A stretch of 55,046 nucleotides of DNA, the filler included, from Sphacelaria rigidula (Eukaryota), in the NCBI GenBank assembly GCA_964200075.2. It is 6 parts of 6 records of this genome, joined end to end, with 100 filler letters (N's around TTAATTAATTAA, not from the genome) between each part and the next. Parts side by side here need not be neighbours in the genome. Positions count along the whole stretch, not along the records: positions 9,193 to 18,284 come from CAXNAA020009324.1; positions 18,385 to 27,475 come from CAXNAA020009325.1; 4 more parts are not named here. The stretch is one strand, 5' to 3'. This document shows positions 11,942 through 24,527 of the stretch, piece by piece (within the stretch, counting starts at the first letter, position 1; each line of letters opens with the position of its first letter). Both the position numbers and the translations under genes were made by a program. The notes below the pieces were generated by a model, which was not told the DNA's origin, made no database searches, and saw only the letters and a list, made by a program, of their open reading frames with translations.

Positions 11942-14080
11942 TTACTGTGTATAGGAGAAGGAGCTGCCGCCTACCCTTGTCACCGAAGACACGTCACGAC
12001 CAGCCCCTGAGGATAGCTGGCCCGAAAGAAACAGTGGTGCTACACCACTACGCCTGGCAACAGGGTACACACTACGTCGAGCACCAATAACGTCGCTTCT
12101 GCCAGGGCTCAGGCATGGTGCGCGCTTGCGTTTTGTTCCTCGCACGCCAGCAACGCTTCCTCTACCACCCTCGGTTGTGCTACGGGTGTAGGTGGCCTCC
12201 TCAGTGCTGAGGCCTTCCATGTCGCACACTGTAGCTACGCTATGCGCAATGGGATGCTGTCGGCATAACACTGCCTCATCGAGGTTGTTGTTCTCGAGAA
12301 TATCCACTTTCAAGCGTCCCTCGTTGCTAGACTTGTGGCTCATCACATTAAGCATTCCCGCCCTGGCATGCTGAGAGCAGAACTCCGCCTCCTTGCTTCC
12401 CGCTACACGATACGACGACCTCTTGAAGCACCCCCCGTCGCCGCATTTGTTTTCGACCACGTCCGCCATTCCCGCCCTGGTGCGCGGAGAGCAGACCTTC
12501 ACCTTCTTGCTTCCCGCTACACCATACGACGGATTCTGGGAGCAGTCGTCATCGCCGCACTTCTTGTTGACCACATCCACCATTCCCGCCCTTGCACCCT
12601 GAGAACAGAACTCCGCCGTGTGGCTCCCGGCTACCCGAGGCGATGGCTGCTTGAGACAGCCCTCGTCGCCGCGCCTCTCCTTCATCAGATTCATCATTCC
12701 TGCCCTGGCATGCTGAGAGCAGAAGTCCGCCTCATAGCCCGGAACATCATACAATGGGAATTTCGAGAAGCCCTCGTCGCTACACTCTTTTTTCATCACG
12801 TCCACCATCCCTGCCTTGGCATGCTGAGAGCAGAACTCCGCCTTTTTGCTTCTCGCCACACCATACGACGGCTTCTTCGCGAAGCCCTCGAGGCCGCATT
12901 GTTTGTCCACCACATCCACCATTCCCGCCTTGGCATGCTTGGAGCAAAACTTGGCCTTGAAGCCGGGTACACCATACGATGGCCATTTCGAGCAGCCCTC
13001 TTCGCCGCATTTCTTGGTCATGACATTCACCATTCCTGCCTTAGCATGCTTGGAGCAAAACTCCGCCTTCTTGCTTCCCGCTACACCATACGACGGCTGC
13101 TTCGAGCAGCCCTCGTCGCCGCACATCTGGTGCACTACATCTACCATCCTCACCCTGGCATGCTTTGAGCAGAACTCCGCCTTCTTGCTTCCCGCTACAC
13201 CATACGTCGGCCTTTTGAGGCAGCCCTCGTTGCCGCAAGCCCTGCTCACCATATTCACCATTCCCGCTGTGGCATGCTCCAAGCAAAACTCCGTTTTCTT
13301 GCTTCCTGCTACACCACACGACGCCGCCTTGGAGCAGCCGTCATCGCCGCATCTTCTTGTCACTACATCCACCATTCTCGCTGTGGCATGCTGAGAGCAG
13401 AACTCCGCCTTCTTGTTTCCGGCTACACCATACGATGGCTTCTTGAAGCAGCTCTCGTAGCCGCACGACCTGTTCACCACATTCACCATTCCCGCCTTGG
13501 CATGCTGAGAGCAGAACTCCGCTTTTTTGCTTCCGGCCACACCATACGACGGCTTCTTGAAGCAGCCCTCGTCGCCGCACGTCCTCTTCACCACATCCAC
13601 CATTCCCGCCTTGGCATGCTGAGAGCAGAACTCCGCTGTTTTGCTTCCGGCCACACCATACGACGGCTTCTTGAAGCAGCTCTCGTCGCCGCACGTCCTC
13701 TTCACCACATCCACCATTCCCGCCTTGGCATGCTGGGAGCAGAACTCCGCCGTCTTGCTTCCCGCTACACCATACGACCGCCTTTTGGAGCAGCTCTCGT
13801 CGCCGCACGTCCTGTACACCACATTCGCCATTCCCGCCTTGGCATGCTTGGAGAAGAACCCTGCCTTCTTACTTCCCGCTACACCATACGACGGGTTCTT
13901 GACGCAGCCCTCGTCGCCACATTTCTTGCTCACCACATCCTCCATTCCAGCCCTGGCATACTTGGAGCAGAACTCCGCCTTCTTGCTTCCCCGTACACCA
14001 TACGATGGCACCTTGGAGCAGCCCTCGTTGATGCACTTCCTATTTGCCACGCTGGTCATCAGCTCTGTCGCGTGGTGTTC
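11942..14080 (-). CDS. EsV-1-7 domain (Cys/His repeat, putative zinc-binding) protein, large exon
   Basis: 15 tandem 37-38-aa repeats C-x4-C-xKxPSYGVAGSKKAEFC-x2-HAKAGMVDV plus one degenerate unit, followed by a tail with a KRKR basic patch. Probable acceptor TTTTCATCAG at 14090-14081, so upstream exons are likely; the in-frame ATG (MTSVANRK) is an alternative start. Confidence 0.9.
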   Translation of the reverse strand, partial: EHHATELMTSVANRKCINEGCSKVPSYGVRGSKKAEFCSKYARAGMEDVVSKKCGDEGCVKNPSYGVAGSKKAGFFSKHAKAGMANVVYRTCGDESCSKRRSYGVAGSKTAEFCSQHAKAGMVDVVKRTCGDESCFKKPSYGVAGSKTAEFCSQHAKAGMVDVVKRTCGDEGCFKKPSYGVAGSKKAEFCSQHAKAGMVNVVNRSCGYESCFKKPSYGVAGNKKAEFCSQHATARMVDVVTRRCGDDGCSKAASCGVAGSKKTEFCLEHATAGMVNMVSRACGNEGCLKRPTYGVAGSKKAEFCSKHARVRMVDVVHQMCGDEGCSKQPSYGVAGSKKAEFCSKHAKAGMVNVMTKKCGEEGCSKWPSYGVPGFKAKFCSKHAKAGMVDVVDKQCGLEGFAKKPSYGVARSKKAEFCSQHAKAGMVDVMKKECSDEGFSKFPLYDVPGYEADFCSQHARAGMMNLMKERRGDEGCLKQPSPRVAGSHTAEFCSQGARAGMVDVVNKKCGDDDCSQNPSYGVAGSKKVKVCSPRTRAGMADVVENKCGDGGCFKRSSYRVAGSKEAEFCSQHARAGMLNVMSHKSSNEGRLKVDILENNNLDEAVLCRQHPIAHSVATVCDMEGLSTEEATYTRSTTEGGRGSVAGVRGTKRKRAPCLSPGRSDVIGARRSVYPVARRSGVAPLFLSGQLSSGAGRDVSSVTRVGGSSFSYTQ

Positions 14081-17000
14081 CTGATGAAAAGTAACCTTCT
14101 CGCGGTAGCACAATTGGCAAAACACCGGAGGGTTCCGCTGTCAGCTGCAGGAGGAAGCAAGTTGAAAAAAGACGATATCGTCGCACATCAACGGGAAAAA
14201 CAGGAGCTACCTGCACTTACCGAAATGACACTTTACATAAACTGATCGCCACGACTACAACTCTAGTGCCCAAGGCAATTCAAGCGCATGGGACTTACTC
14301 ACCAATACGGCAGTATGGCTCTGGAGTACAAATAGCTTTGAAAGGATACAAGAGGAAAATGAAAGCAGACAAGCTTGAAGGCATAATACCACGTCGTGAT
14401 TCACCGGACATGATACATGCACTATTACACAACTCAGGGCTTGCAGAACACCTGCCAAAGGTTTTGGAGGTTGCTCTACACTGGCAGAGTGCCTGACAAC
14501 GTGGGAGGAGATCCTATACACCAACAAAGTTAGGGGAAACAGTCCTGAACTCGAAGATACCTTATCACGTTCCGAACTACTGGCCTGGTTTGATCCTGTT
14601 CTATTTCACTACCACAAAGTAGAGGAAAAAAAAAGAGGGAAGTCTTTTGTTTTCAACAGCAGTACACCCGACCGTCGAAAGCAAGTTATATCAATTTTGA
14701 TACCGAACTTGGTATGTGCACACACGTAACAAATTGTACATATCTGCCGAATCTCATTACACGCGCACATGTGCTCCCATGCTTGAATATGTTCATCTCT
14801 TTAATCATATCGGGTACCGTGTAAACCAACTGTAATGCATTGTAATACTTTCCACTTCAACCACACGTGAGTTCATATGTCGGGTTACCTGATGTTTGCT
14901 TCAGTCACTTCTACCTCACAAAGTTTGGCTCGTGTCGCGTCTACATGGTGTGCATGGTAGGACATGCTTGTTGCCGCCAGGGTCAGAGTGTCATGTCAGG
15001 AAAGCGCCGGAAGCTGAGTGAGCCGCAAAACTGTCAGGAGATGAAACAAGGCTTTCAGTACAGTGTATTGCATATCTGTTGGATAAGTATATCACGACTC
15101 TACGCGGTTAGTGGAAACATTCTAGATGACGCCGACATTACGATTATCGTCGCCGTGAAGATCCTTTCCTTGACAGCCCTCTTGGGAACCGGCAGACGCC
15201 TGACAAGAAGACGGGATTCTACAGATGAAGAATGGAGTTTTGAAGGGGAATGGACAAGGTCAAACATCGGAACGGAAAGTGCAAAAACGGTTCTTTGGAA
15301 ATATTGTTTTTTCACTTGTGAGATAGTCGCCCGAGGTTTCGGGGAGCCTTCAGCCGGGAAGGCGCGGGCAGTGGCGCCCGCCAATGCCGGGCCGCGAAGC
15401 AACCATGGTGGGTGTTGGCTGTAAGATATAAGGAGCCCGAAACCATGTCGAGGTAGTCAATTAAAAGTGTATGTGGGAGGATATCGTTTGTATTTGCGAT
15501 CCGATCGGATGGCACACATGCAAAACGTCCATTGCATCCGTGTAACACTTGTTTTTTATGGCAAACGCAGATTAGTTTCTAGATTTTTTCTTCTTTGTAA
15601 CTCGCCGTTGGACCTGCGCAGGACGTTGCGGGGCCCATTAAAACTACTCGAGGTTATCAAATCACTCATGTACATAGAAAACAACATCAAATTAGATTCT
15701 GTTCGATGTTCGGATGGATTGAAATCCAACGAGCAGCATTTAATGCCAACTCACTTACGATACATAGGAGTTTGTACGGATACCCCAAAATAGGTTTTGC
15801 ATTTTTGGGTACAACGTTTGACCTTGTCCATCCCCGAAACAGAATCCATCCCCGATTTGTAACATCCCGTGTTCAAGGGTGAAATACTCGAAACGCACCG
15901 ATATCTGACCAAACGCTGGGAAACCATCTTCGAGATTACCAGAATATCGCCGTTGTTGGACGCACATTTTAGCCTGATGAGGTGCCATCTCGCCTGTTTC
16001 GAACACACGTCCTGCGGTAAATATGTACTCCCTCTGATCGCGAATATAAGGAGGGTAAGGACAAAATGCGGCCTAAATCGGGCCCAGGATAGGTCTTTGC
16101 GAACTGCTTTTTGGCGGTTTCTCTGCTTTCCGTTTGAACAACTAGAACCGGTGTTTTTTAAACCTCCCTTTGTAAAAGGTTCTTCTACCCTATGAAGAGT
16201 AGCTCGAAATCACCACTCTCTTTCTGAGACTCCGGGCAAAAGCCTTCCCATCGCGTGATGAGATATGACTGCTGCTGGGAGTGCCGTTCAAGGGCCGAAG
16301 CGCAACAACTTCAATAATTCTGAGCAAGACGAAGTGATTCGGTGCCTCTCCGCCGGCAGCTTAGGGTAAGCGTTAGAGCTAGGATTAGGCAACCAGGGGA
16401 TGATCACGAGTCATCCCCGCCTTTTTTTCATGTTTTTGCTTACTTTTCGACCTGCATCAAACACGAGCACTCTAGAATGGACACGTATTTCGCGTATACC
16501 ACGCAAATACGTGCTACGTAAACGGGAACGTTAAGTTAGTTCGACACGAACGTTCTGAAGAAAACAGGTATTGTACACATGTGCTGCACAAACGCTCTCA
16601 CGTGAGATGTTTCATGTCCTGTTATGCCCAACGCGTGGGGTACTGTGGTCGTCGTGGTTCGAGGTCAACTGTAAATGTTTGGTGCAAGTTGACGAAGAAA
16701 CCGTCTACGCGGATGGAAAGACCCGCCGTTTATTTGCTGCTACTGTCACATCTGATTCCATCCCACATCTCTGTGACATGTTGCACTTGTCTTCTCATTT
16801 ATCTTGGTCGAACGAACATCCCATTACCCTTCAAGGAACCTTCACGTGTGCGCTAAGCATGTCATATACCCTCCATTTCGTTTATATGTGGTCCGGAGCA
16901 GCTGTGTGCTCAAAGGTGGAAAATGACCCCTAGCAGCACGACCGGTAGATGGTGTTTCAGGGCCTTGATCAAAGGGGGGGGGCGGTGGTACGCATACTCT

Positions 17001-17138
17001 CGAAATCGTAGATAGCGTGCACTTGTAAGGACACTTCGATCAGACACGATCATTTGCAGAGACGTTTGCCAACGCCTTTCTGCGTGTGCTAACCTGTGTA
17101 CTGTGCTGTTCCATCGCCAACAACACAACGCTTTGTTT

Positions 17139-17395
17139 CACGGGTCGGACGAGATAAGGATTCGTCTGGAAATGACTTGACTCGAGTGTGATTGATTCGT
17201 ACGGTACGCATCATTCGTAGGCTTTGTTTCCAGTGTTGCAACCCGGGCACGCGAAGCCCAGGGACGTGGAATGGCGCAAAAATTGCGGGGAGACATTTTT
17301 GACCACCGATAAACTTTCTTCTGTTTGTTGAGCAATCAGGCCTGGAAAATCGTGGGTTTGATGAATCGAACCGGGAATGATTCATCCGAATCGTG
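17139..17395 (+). mobile_element. hAT-like MITE (CACGGGTCGGAC TIR family)
   Basis: Ends CACGGGTCGGAC / ATCCGAATCGTG. Perfect 8-bp TSD CTTTGTTT. Internal similarity to 47190-47400. Confidence 0.82.
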
Positions 17396-18284
17396 CTTTG
17401 TTTCGTCTGGGCACATCCCTCAGCCGGGCACAGGTTTCGACTGATCGTCTGTGAACCGGACGGCAAAAGTGAACACCTCACAGGACCAGTGCTGCACCGC
17501 TTCAGGAACGTAGAAGCGTGAGAGATATACGCATGAAATGCTGGTCATTGGACAACCTGTCCATCCCATTTTTGTTTTTGCCATGTGCCTGGCAATGGCA
17601 CGTACAGTAAACAGGGTTTGACTGTGAAAATCTCAAACCCTCACGTATGATGTGCCCCCATCACGAAGGCGGGGTCAATGCACCACTACAATCACATGTA
17701 CCGTGTACGTACTTTGCGTGCCGAGAAAGCACATCATGCTTCCAAACGTCTGGAAACATATGTCCAGTCCTTCTTGCTGTCAACCAATGACTCCGTTCAA
17801 GTGCCACGGCTATATGGTGGTGGTGGTACCTTTCGACGACTATTATAGCAGTCCCGGATACTGGTGTTCGAATGTCCAGGAAATATTTTTCAAGTTATCC
17901 GAATCTACGACCATTCCGTTCGTGATTGCTGAGTACTCTTTTCACGTGGCTCCTGTCGCGAGACATGTTTCAGCTGCTCTTGCTGGAACACCGTGTCTGG
18001 GGTGGGGGGAATGCCGGTGGGTGAGTATACTCCCGAACACATGGTAAATACAACGCGCGCTTCCACGTGCACATTTATCACGACAACTATCATTGTCAAA
18101 CAGAGAGGGATGCTACGGTAGGGGTACACAAATATTTTCTGAGGTTAGAATTGTTAGGAGCCCTTTTTTTCATCCAAAACACGACTTATAAAAATATGTC
18201 AAAGTACGGCAGGATTACTATTCCAACGTGCCGGGGATATCCCGAATAAATCGGCAAACGGGGATGCCCTGACCCATATTCTTT

Positions 18285-18384
18285 NNNNNNNNNNNNNNNN
18301 NNNNNNNNNNNNNNNNNNNNNNNNNNNNTTAATTAATTAANNNNNNNNNNNNNNNNNNNNNNNNNNNNNNNNNNNNNNNNNNNN
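18285..18384. other. Artificial contig linker
   Basis: Same N44-TTAATTAATTAA-N44 structure. Confidence 0.97.
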
Positions 18385-21300
18385 CAAAATCCATCCACGG
18401 GAGAAAATCACCTGTAGACGGGCTGAAATCCTCATATTTGTACAAATCGAGATTCGTTGCCATAAAAGCGGGTCCAAAGCCTACCAAACTCTGTGCGAAG
18501 CTACCCCAGCAACTGACACGCGGCGGGCACACCCTACGCTGTCACGATACTGTCTTGTGCTGCGGTTGCAAAAATATCAAACGCCACATACCCTACCACC
18601 GCGCGTCAATGTACTACGTACGTTACCTCGTCAAAATCGGGAGGACCTCAGTTTTCCCCCCATTTTTGCGAAAAAATCGGGGAAAATCGTTCTGAAATCG
18701 TGACACCACGATTTTCTCCCCCGATTGGGCCCAGATCGGGGTCCATGTGAAATAAAATAATGGGTTCCCCGGTGTTTCCCCCCAATCTCCGTAAAACCAA
18801 GATTGACTGGTGAGTACCATGCGAGATGATAAAAAAAGCGGCCGAAAGGAGCAGCCTTAGCAAACGACTAAACGAGATTCTGCGAACAAAAAGAGGATCT
18901 GTCGGGACTCCAACTCGTGACCTCCATAACTGGAGTGTCCTGTATCACTTGGGTTGCAGGGCCAAGTACAAAATTCCGAAATTTCAGCGCCGAACTCCTC
19001 AAACTGAGCACCTTTTCACCCGATTACCAACGAACAATAGTAGCAGCCGGCCCAGCTCGTAGTGACTGCCATCATGTGTCACCATCGAAGCATGAAACTA
19101 CAAGCTGCAATCGACGAAAATGGTCCACGACGTCGTCATATATTTGCAGGATACTGTCCGTACTAACTACGGTATTACTGTTCCAGTATTTGGGTCAAAG
19201 ATGGTCGGGGGTTCTCCCTCACTAGCTTCTACAAACTGGCGTTTTCGTGTATATAGCCGCACGCTGTCACTTAGGAAGAACTGTTTCGAAGCCAAATCAA
19301 CCACGAGTAATCTTGGGCAATCTCGGTTTGGGAATCGACGTCAAGGGATCAGCCCCGTGAGCGCCGAGGGGTGCGTGTCTCTTACTTGGATCGGGATCAA
19401 GTTGCAAAATGAAAATGGATACGACGGGTACAGTCAGTACTGACTGTGGAGAAGCGCTGTGTCGGGGCTGGACCTCATTTGGGTGTTGAACCTCATTTTC
19501 GGGGAAACTTTGAAACTTTCTTTTTACGTGTAGTCGAAGAAGGGTTATACGGGCGGGGGGGATCCGTGAAGTCAGGTTGTGTTTTTCGGGCGAGCATTCG
19601 CACGGTCGCTCGCTGCTTCTCTCGTCACCATGGGGGGCGCGTCCATCACCATGCACCCTCTCACATCTAGATACTGCAACTTCACTCAACTCACTTTGGG
19701 CGAACTCACGCGAGCGCGCGTGCCAGCAGTTGTCGATAATCGCAGCTGCTTGCTCTGTCCAAGAATTGCCGGTCTCCTTGTTGTCCCCTGAGGTCTCGTG
19801 CTATCCACGGTATCGCTTCTTAGTTCGCAGCAATGCACCTTGCATATTTTCCCACGATCCGTCCTCTCTTCAGCCAACAGTTGTCCGCTACTTGGAGCAT
19901 GTACAAGCAAAGTATGGTACAAACAGTACAGTGTTGTAGTAAACTGTAACAGACAGCAGGGCAGCGAGCACCCCCTGAAGGTTAGTTGCTGCCTACTTTG
20001 CTATTTTGCGAGAAAAACGCCCGGGGAAGCACGGATCGCTCAACACTAGCTCGAGCATTCTAATCGATTCACATTGGCCGATCAGGCCTGAGGTGGACAG
20101 AGTATGGCGCTAAAGCCATAGGGGAGTAGGTCCGCGCGACAGAGATGGCATCGATCGGCTGCGGGCAAAATACGGCCTGCCATAAATCATGGAAGCGGGC
20201 AGCGTACTATTGCAATTAATGAGTGATACATTGTACATGTATATAATTTGCATTGAGTACGGCAATCTTCATAGCGAAAACAGTTGTCTTCTTCGGGTTG
20301 AGAGCAACTTGGACGCACTCGGTCGCTCAAGCCAGCATGCTGACATCAAATACGCTGTTTTGATCTAGCGGGTGCTGGGGCTGATATGCTGTGAGCTGTA
20401 TGCCCCTGTCAACTTGCCTTGTTCACGAATTGCCGTTGCTTGGAGTTTCACAGGCGAAGAATATGACAGGATTGCGGCCATCGAAAAAAAGCTTCCTCTA
20501 CGAAAGTGCGGGATAATCACAAAGAAACGAGAGTGCGGCGAGACCTTGCCAAATGAAACGCACGTAGGTGGGGCCGATCTTGAAAACTGTCAACCTCACA
20601 CCCCGTTGCTTCTCGGTTGCATTTCTGTTGTTTCCCTGTCTTACAACATCTGAAGCAAAACAAGGTGATCATACGCCAGACGGTCAAAAGGGAGGACAAG
20701 CTCAGCACAAAGCTACAGTCCGTCTGAAGGCGACCAGAGTGTGTGTCGTCCAAGGGAGTAGAAATCAACCATTAGACACTGGCAGCGAGGCGATCACTGT
20801 ACAAGAACAGCAACGTCGGCTAGATCTCCGACCTTCTACTGTAGTAATATCTAGTATTTGTAAACACGAAGCACCTGGTTGCCCTTAGCTCTCCGAAGGA
20901 AAGGCCTGTTTTCGTTGCAGCAGCAATCCTGTTCCTGTGTTGTTAGAGAGGCAAGGAGTGAGGGAGCTGCCGCCAGAAAGGGGACGTGGACATCATTCAG
21001 AGTAGGGGGTGCAGCGAGGCTGGTGAGAGTATAGCAATGAAAGAGGGCTTCGGCCGATCGCATGCCAATCCCAACATGCGTCCGACTAGATGAAACGGAC
21101 TCAGCGTGCTGTACTGTGCTGTAGGGTGATGGGAGTCCGCGTTTACACGCCTTGTACATTCGTTTTCGGCGCCGCTTATGCCCCACAGGCCACAGTACAG
21201 CATCTCGACTGCACTCTCTGTGATGTACCAAGTATATCCTGTCGCCTGGTGCAATTTTTCACGGTACAGCGGCCCGGGAGAAGACAGTTGTTCATAATGA

Positions 21301-21962
21301 TAGATCAACAAGCGGGCGGTCTGAATACAGTAGCATCATGGCAGCCAAGGTGCTAGCACAGCCGGTAGTAACGAACCGAACGAAAGTTGCCGTATCGAAG
21401 TTAAGACGTTCGCGGGCGGCACTGGCGACTCGCTGTTACTTAGTTTCGAATCAACCGAACACATTAAGGACATATGTGCTGCAGAGCGTGCCGGTTTGAC
21501 CATTCGAATACTAGTACCTCCGTCGCAGTGGTACGTTCAATCAAGCCTTGTTTGCGCTATGAGATCTGTTTTCCCCTCCAAGCCAACTTCGTCCATCCCT
21601 GTGGGACCGTACACGGGATACGACACTCTTGTCCGACATACGCCGTCATTTTTGTACGGCGTCTGTACTCCTATTGTATCGATGTTCATCGCAGCCAACA
21701 AGCTGCCGCCCAGCAAGCAAAGGGATCATCGTTCGCAAATTCAGTCCCCCCAAGTCTTCGGTGATGTACAGAGACTAGTTAATGTACGACAATAATCGAT
21801 CAATCTTTCAAAAATGGTCTGGATGTGCAAACGCATGCGAACTGTTTCCTTGAGCGGTCTTCTCCGATTATTTCGCTGCAAAGTTCCGTATGATAGCGTT
21901 CTACGGGAGGTACAGGTACACTGTTTCGCCATATCTCCTCTTTTTTTGCGCCCAACCGTGGA

Positions 21963-22299
21963 GGAGGTACCGCGGGGCTCGTCGCTCACGGCGGAATGCG
22001 GCGGTGCGCTCAACAACATCCGCTTCCTTCGCTTTCTTGCCTTCGGCCGATTTCTCTTGAGCAACCACAGCTAGCTGTTGTGACGAATGGTCCGCGCTCA
22101 CGTCTTCTGTGTGAATTGAATCTCGACCCACACGACAGCGATTCAATTCACGCAGAAGATGTAAGCACGAACATTTCGTTGCAATAGCTAGCTGTGGCTG
22201 CTCAAGAGAAAACGGCCGAAGGCGAGAAAGAGAAGGAGGCGGATGTTGTTGAGTGCACCACCGCATTCCCCTGTGAGCGACGAGCCCCGCGGTACCTCC
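21963..22299 (+). ncRNA. Long hairpin (two ~160-nt arms, 17-nt loop), candidate miRNA/hp-siRNA precursor
   Basis: 21963-22122 is the imperfect reverse complement of 22140-22299. Many differences form G:U pairs on the + strand. No TSD seen. Lies ~180 nt upstream of a splice acceptor. Confidence 0.55.
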
Positions 22300-22477
22300 A
22301 ATATCACCAACCAAGTCTAGCAGACACACAGTCGTTGCTGCATCTTCGATTGAAAGGGCGATCGCGAACGACAGTCAGAAAGCCTGTTGACTAACCCCGT
22401 CTCCGCTCCAGCGGCCGTGCTGCTGCCTCGAGTTTCACAGTGAGTTCCTAAAAGCACGTCTGTCTCCACGCAAGCAG

Positions 22478-24527
22478 AAACAATGGAGGGGAAGGACCCC
22501 AGAAACGCACACAACGACGGCAATGATAATTGTGACAGAAGGAAAACATTGATGAGGGAATCTTCGGAAAATAGCGCCATGTTCCCGCCGGCAGCCGCAG
22601 CGGCAGCGGCGGGTAAGGTGTCGGCGGCGGCGACGATCCCGCCGAAGAACTTGTCGGTCGGGAGTGGCTCCATGGCGCTGCGAGCGGGGAGCGCCGACAC
22701 GGCGACCCCAGGCGGAACGGCTTCGTCTGCATTTGGGTCTGTGACTACTGAGTCGACTGGGCGAGTAAAGTCATCGTTCGGGCCTGGTGAAGGAGAGGCA
22801 CTCATGAACGGGGCGATAGTGACGGCAAGCGGTGGTGATACTATAGTGAGAGAGGCTTCCACGACCGAGAAGGTCGAAAGGGAAGGCATGACGCCGAAAG
22901 CTCAGATGAGCGGGAAAGACAGGGCTAAGAAGCGAAAGGTCGTAGGTGAGCCACCGCAGAAGAGTGAAAATCCCGTCGAGGGTGTACTCCGTAGAAACGG
23001 TCATGACTGAACCATCCCCCTACGCGCTCAGATCTAGACTACTGCGTCACGAGCCAAGAAGAACTACATACCCCCCAAGAAATATATTGCAGGAGTTATG
23101 GAAGAGACGGCATATGTTCCCTTTGCTGTATGTGCACATGTGGAAGCCGTGGCACGCCTTTAAATAGCACTGTGTCAAGAAGGCTGCAAAGTCGCAGCCC
23201 TACAGTAGCAGGTCGACAGTTACTGCTTTGTTCCAAAGCAGCCCACTCCCAGAATTTCGAACATGAAAGCCTACCCCCACCATTCGCCAAACCCATCCGA
23301 ACGCCCCAGCCTACTGCCTCGTGAACCCCTCGATCCAAAGCACATCGTCGAGGACACACACACGCTTCCGTTGTCACCACACTCTGTGTTTTGATGGCGG
23401 TATGAGTTTTTAGCCTCTTGCAAACGCACTGACACGTCAAATCTCGTCAGAGATAATGGCAAGTAGTAGTAATTGAGCGGCTGACCGTATACTTAATCGT
23501 TTCGCCCTCGACGAGAAAAACGATAAATCTCAAATGTGGTGATCATTCATGGCGTTTTCGATTGCACAAAAAAAATGCAAGAAACCACTTGACTCTCCGC
23601 CCTCGCACTCCCACCCTCGCTGACAATTCACCAACGATGATTTTGTGCCGCCATGCACCAACAACATATCTCGTGCTACGCCCATCGATGTTCAGGATGT
23701 TCTTCAAGCGGCAGCAGCTCGACTGCGTCATCTGTGGCCACCGGGAGGGAAAGCTCTAGCGCGAAGTCTGCCTCCCCTGAAAAGCCAAGGGCGGCCGGCA
23801 ACGAGGACTTCGACTTCTCGTTTGAGAGAGACTACATGGGGTACAATCCCAGCGCTTGCGGGAGTCGTGCTGATCGACTGAAATTGCGAAACCTCAAGGC
23901 CGAAAGCTCGGCGGCAGCTGCGAAAGACTCTTTGGGGAAAAGGAAACGAAAGTGAGTCAGAGGCGTTTGCGCTTACGAACAATAATCAGTTTCGCTCTTT
24001 GGGTCGATCATAGTCGCTTGTTACATGACCTCGTTGTGGTTTAGAAGTAGAGTTGGCGATTACACCACCCGAGCATGCTTGGCGTTTTTTCTCATTTTGA
24101 TGCCCCGCGGAAGTGAACCCACCTGCCTTTGTGCTTCGTATGTAAGCCCTCTTGTTCCACTTGTTCTTGTTCCACTTGGTCTTGTACCACTTATTCTTGT
24201 TAGCACCAGACATGAGTCCTCATTCGGCATCATTTGCCACGCATGTATCATCTGGTGTAGTGGCTGCCCAGCATGTTCGAGAGGTACCCCCGCTCACTCA
24301 TCTCGTGCACGTTAATCGTTTGCTCACGGCTGGATTTGTGGCGAATAAGATCATGTGCGACAATCGATCAACCATTCAACCAGCCAATCAATCAACATGG
24401 CCTTCCCCAGGCCCTTCGCAATCTTGCGCCCCTTTCTCGTGACGTCTAGTGAACGTGATTCTATTCTTGCGCCAGACTCTCTGTTCGTTTCAGGAACTCC
24501 TCGGCGAGCTTCTGCACTTGGAGATGA
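22478..24527 (+). CDS. Tentative spliced gene of unknown function (Ser/Ala-rich, basic NLS-like motifs); exons 22478-22945, 23696-23951, 24494-24527
   Basis: Canonical CAG| acceptors and |GTGAGC, |GTGAGT donors. Phases (1, then 2) keep the frame open across the exons. KKRK and KRKRK motifs present. Possible upstream exon at 20454-20505. Confidence 0.6.

Noticed and set aside
12335-14245. Long + strand ORFs (277, 182, 323 and 147 aa)
   Set aside because: Antisense shadows of the EsV-1-7 repeat array.
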